In this document: positions 63,174 to 64,000 of the stretch, piece by piece | Numbering within the stretch: the first letter of the stretch is position 1 | Layout of the letters: each line of letters begins with the position of its first letter | Source: Scyliorhinus canicula | Taxonomy: Eukaryota | Direction of reading: 5' to 3' | Assembly (NCBI RefSeq): GCF_902713615.1 | Contig: NC_052149.1 | Location: 126,855,256 to 126,919,255 of the forward strand | DNA length: 64,000 nt | The notes under the pieces: generated by a model | What the model was told of the DNA's origin: nothing | Database searches by the model: none | What the model saw: only the letters and a program-made list of their open reading frames with translations | Made by a program: the position numbers and the translations under genes

Positions 63174-63201
63174 GGTTTTTGTAAGGCTCTGTATCACTGT
63201 G
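63174..63201 (-). other. V recombination signal sequence, 12-bp spacer (perfect consensus)
   Basis: Minus strand CACAGTG (63201-63195), 12 nt, ACAAAAACC (63182-63174). A 12-RSS on V is the kappa-type configuration. Confidence 0.97.
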
Positions 63202-63502
63202 TGAGGCAGGCTCTCACTTTGCTGACAGTAATAATCAGCGACATCCTCATTCTGCACATTGCTGATTGTCAGGGTGAACCTTGTACTGGACAGTTCTCTG
63301 CCGGTGAATCGGTCGGATATTCCTGTGAATCGAGTTGTTGCATCATAGATCAGCAGAGCCGGTTTTTGACCTTCTCGCTGTTGGAACCATTCAACATCAC
63401 TACTAGCAGATTGACTGGCCGTACAGGTGATGGTCGCGGTCTGGCCCAGGCTCACTGACAGCACCGGGGGAGACTGGGTCATGATGATGTCTCCACTGAT
63501 AC
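63202..63502 (-). CDS. IGKV: Ig kappa-type (NS4-like) germline V exon, open, not pre-joined to J
   Basis: Acceptor ...cccctcAG at 63503. Translation (G)[26 protein letters not shown]...WFQQ...[14 protein letters not shown] has conserved Cys23, Trp35 and YYC. Confidence 0.96.
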
Positions 63503-63688
63503 CTGAGGGGTAATAGAGAAACAGAGTGAAGTAAGAACTGTCACAGAAAGAGCCTGTACAATGAGATATTGTTGGAGACACTGACTGTTCCTCTGCTTTC
63601 AGCATTTTCCCTTCAATCACAAGTCAGTAGAATTGGATTGAAATGGAGAGCAGGAAAATATTCAAGGTGGAAGGAGAGAGATTTGTAC

Positions 63689-63737
63689 CTGCGATGCAGA
63701 ATGCCAGAGGCCAGATCAGCTGGATGGCTGAAATCAT
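63689..63737 (-). CDS. IGKV: Ig kappa light-chain leader exon (MISAIQLIWPLAFCIA-G)
   Basis: ATG at 63737; 16 hydrophobic codons plus 1 nt; GT donor (GTACAA) at 63688. The phase-1 intron matches the V-exon acceptor. Confidence 0.93.
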
Positions 63738-63797
63738 GGTGTCTGCTCCTGTCCCTGTGCTTGGTTACTGATAAACTCTCCCTTCACTGGGCTCTGC

Positions 63798-63892
63798 TTT
63801 ATAAAGCTGCAGCCTGTGAGAGTCTGACAGCCCGTTCCTCAGTATGTAAATGGTATGAGGCAGAGACACCACGTCAGCACCTTCACTTCCTC
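63798..63892 (-). promoter_or_regulatory. V-gene promoter: TATA, octamer variant, CRE-like site, PU.1/IRF-like site
   Basis: TTTATAAA 63798-63805; ATTTACAT (minus, 63851-63844; one mismatch to ATTTGCAT); TGACGTGG (63876-63869); GAGGAAGTGAAG (63892-63881). Confidence 0.75.
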
Positions 63893-64000
63893 TTCTTCTC
63901 TCACTCACTACTCACTACTACTCAGTATCAGTCCCTTATTTTCTGCCTCTCCCCCTCTCCCCCTCTCTCTGTGTCTCTCTGTCTTGTTCTTCCAGTCTCA

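Noticed and set aside
63120-63620. Single-exon 166-aa ORF as the V gene product
   Set aside because: Its N-terminal part is intron and its C-terminal part is RSS and spacer. The real product uses the leader exon at 63689-63737 and V-J joining.

Overview
Eukaryotic DNA from a cartilaginous fish (shark-type HE1/V-SINEs, CR1/HER1 LINEs, clustered Ig organisation). The only intact host gene is a compact, unrearranged immunoglobulin kappa-type (NS4-like) light-chain cluster on the minus strand at the right end: promoter, leader (63689-63737), V (63202-63502) with a perfect 12-RSS, J (62753-62787) with a 23-RSS, and C (57487-57815). The other ~56 kb, downstream of C, is nested transposon debris: a full-length L1 with TSDs, CR1/L2/Rex1 LINEs, Harbinger transposase and Myb/SANT remnants with many MITEs, solo LTRs and SINEs. 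It also holds at least seven independent tandem arrays. The most notable features are: (i) a ~12-kb satellite, G-rich and AGCT-rich on the Ig sense strand, resembling a class-switch region and carrying three tandem copies of a 1.44-kb solo LTR; (ii) a Penelope-type palindrome with a minimal hammerhead ribozyme; (iii) a frame-preserving ~30x amplification of the Harbinger transposase GSVH motif; (iv) candidate lymphoid enhancers. Boundaries were read by eye; repeat-family names come from recognition, not database searches.
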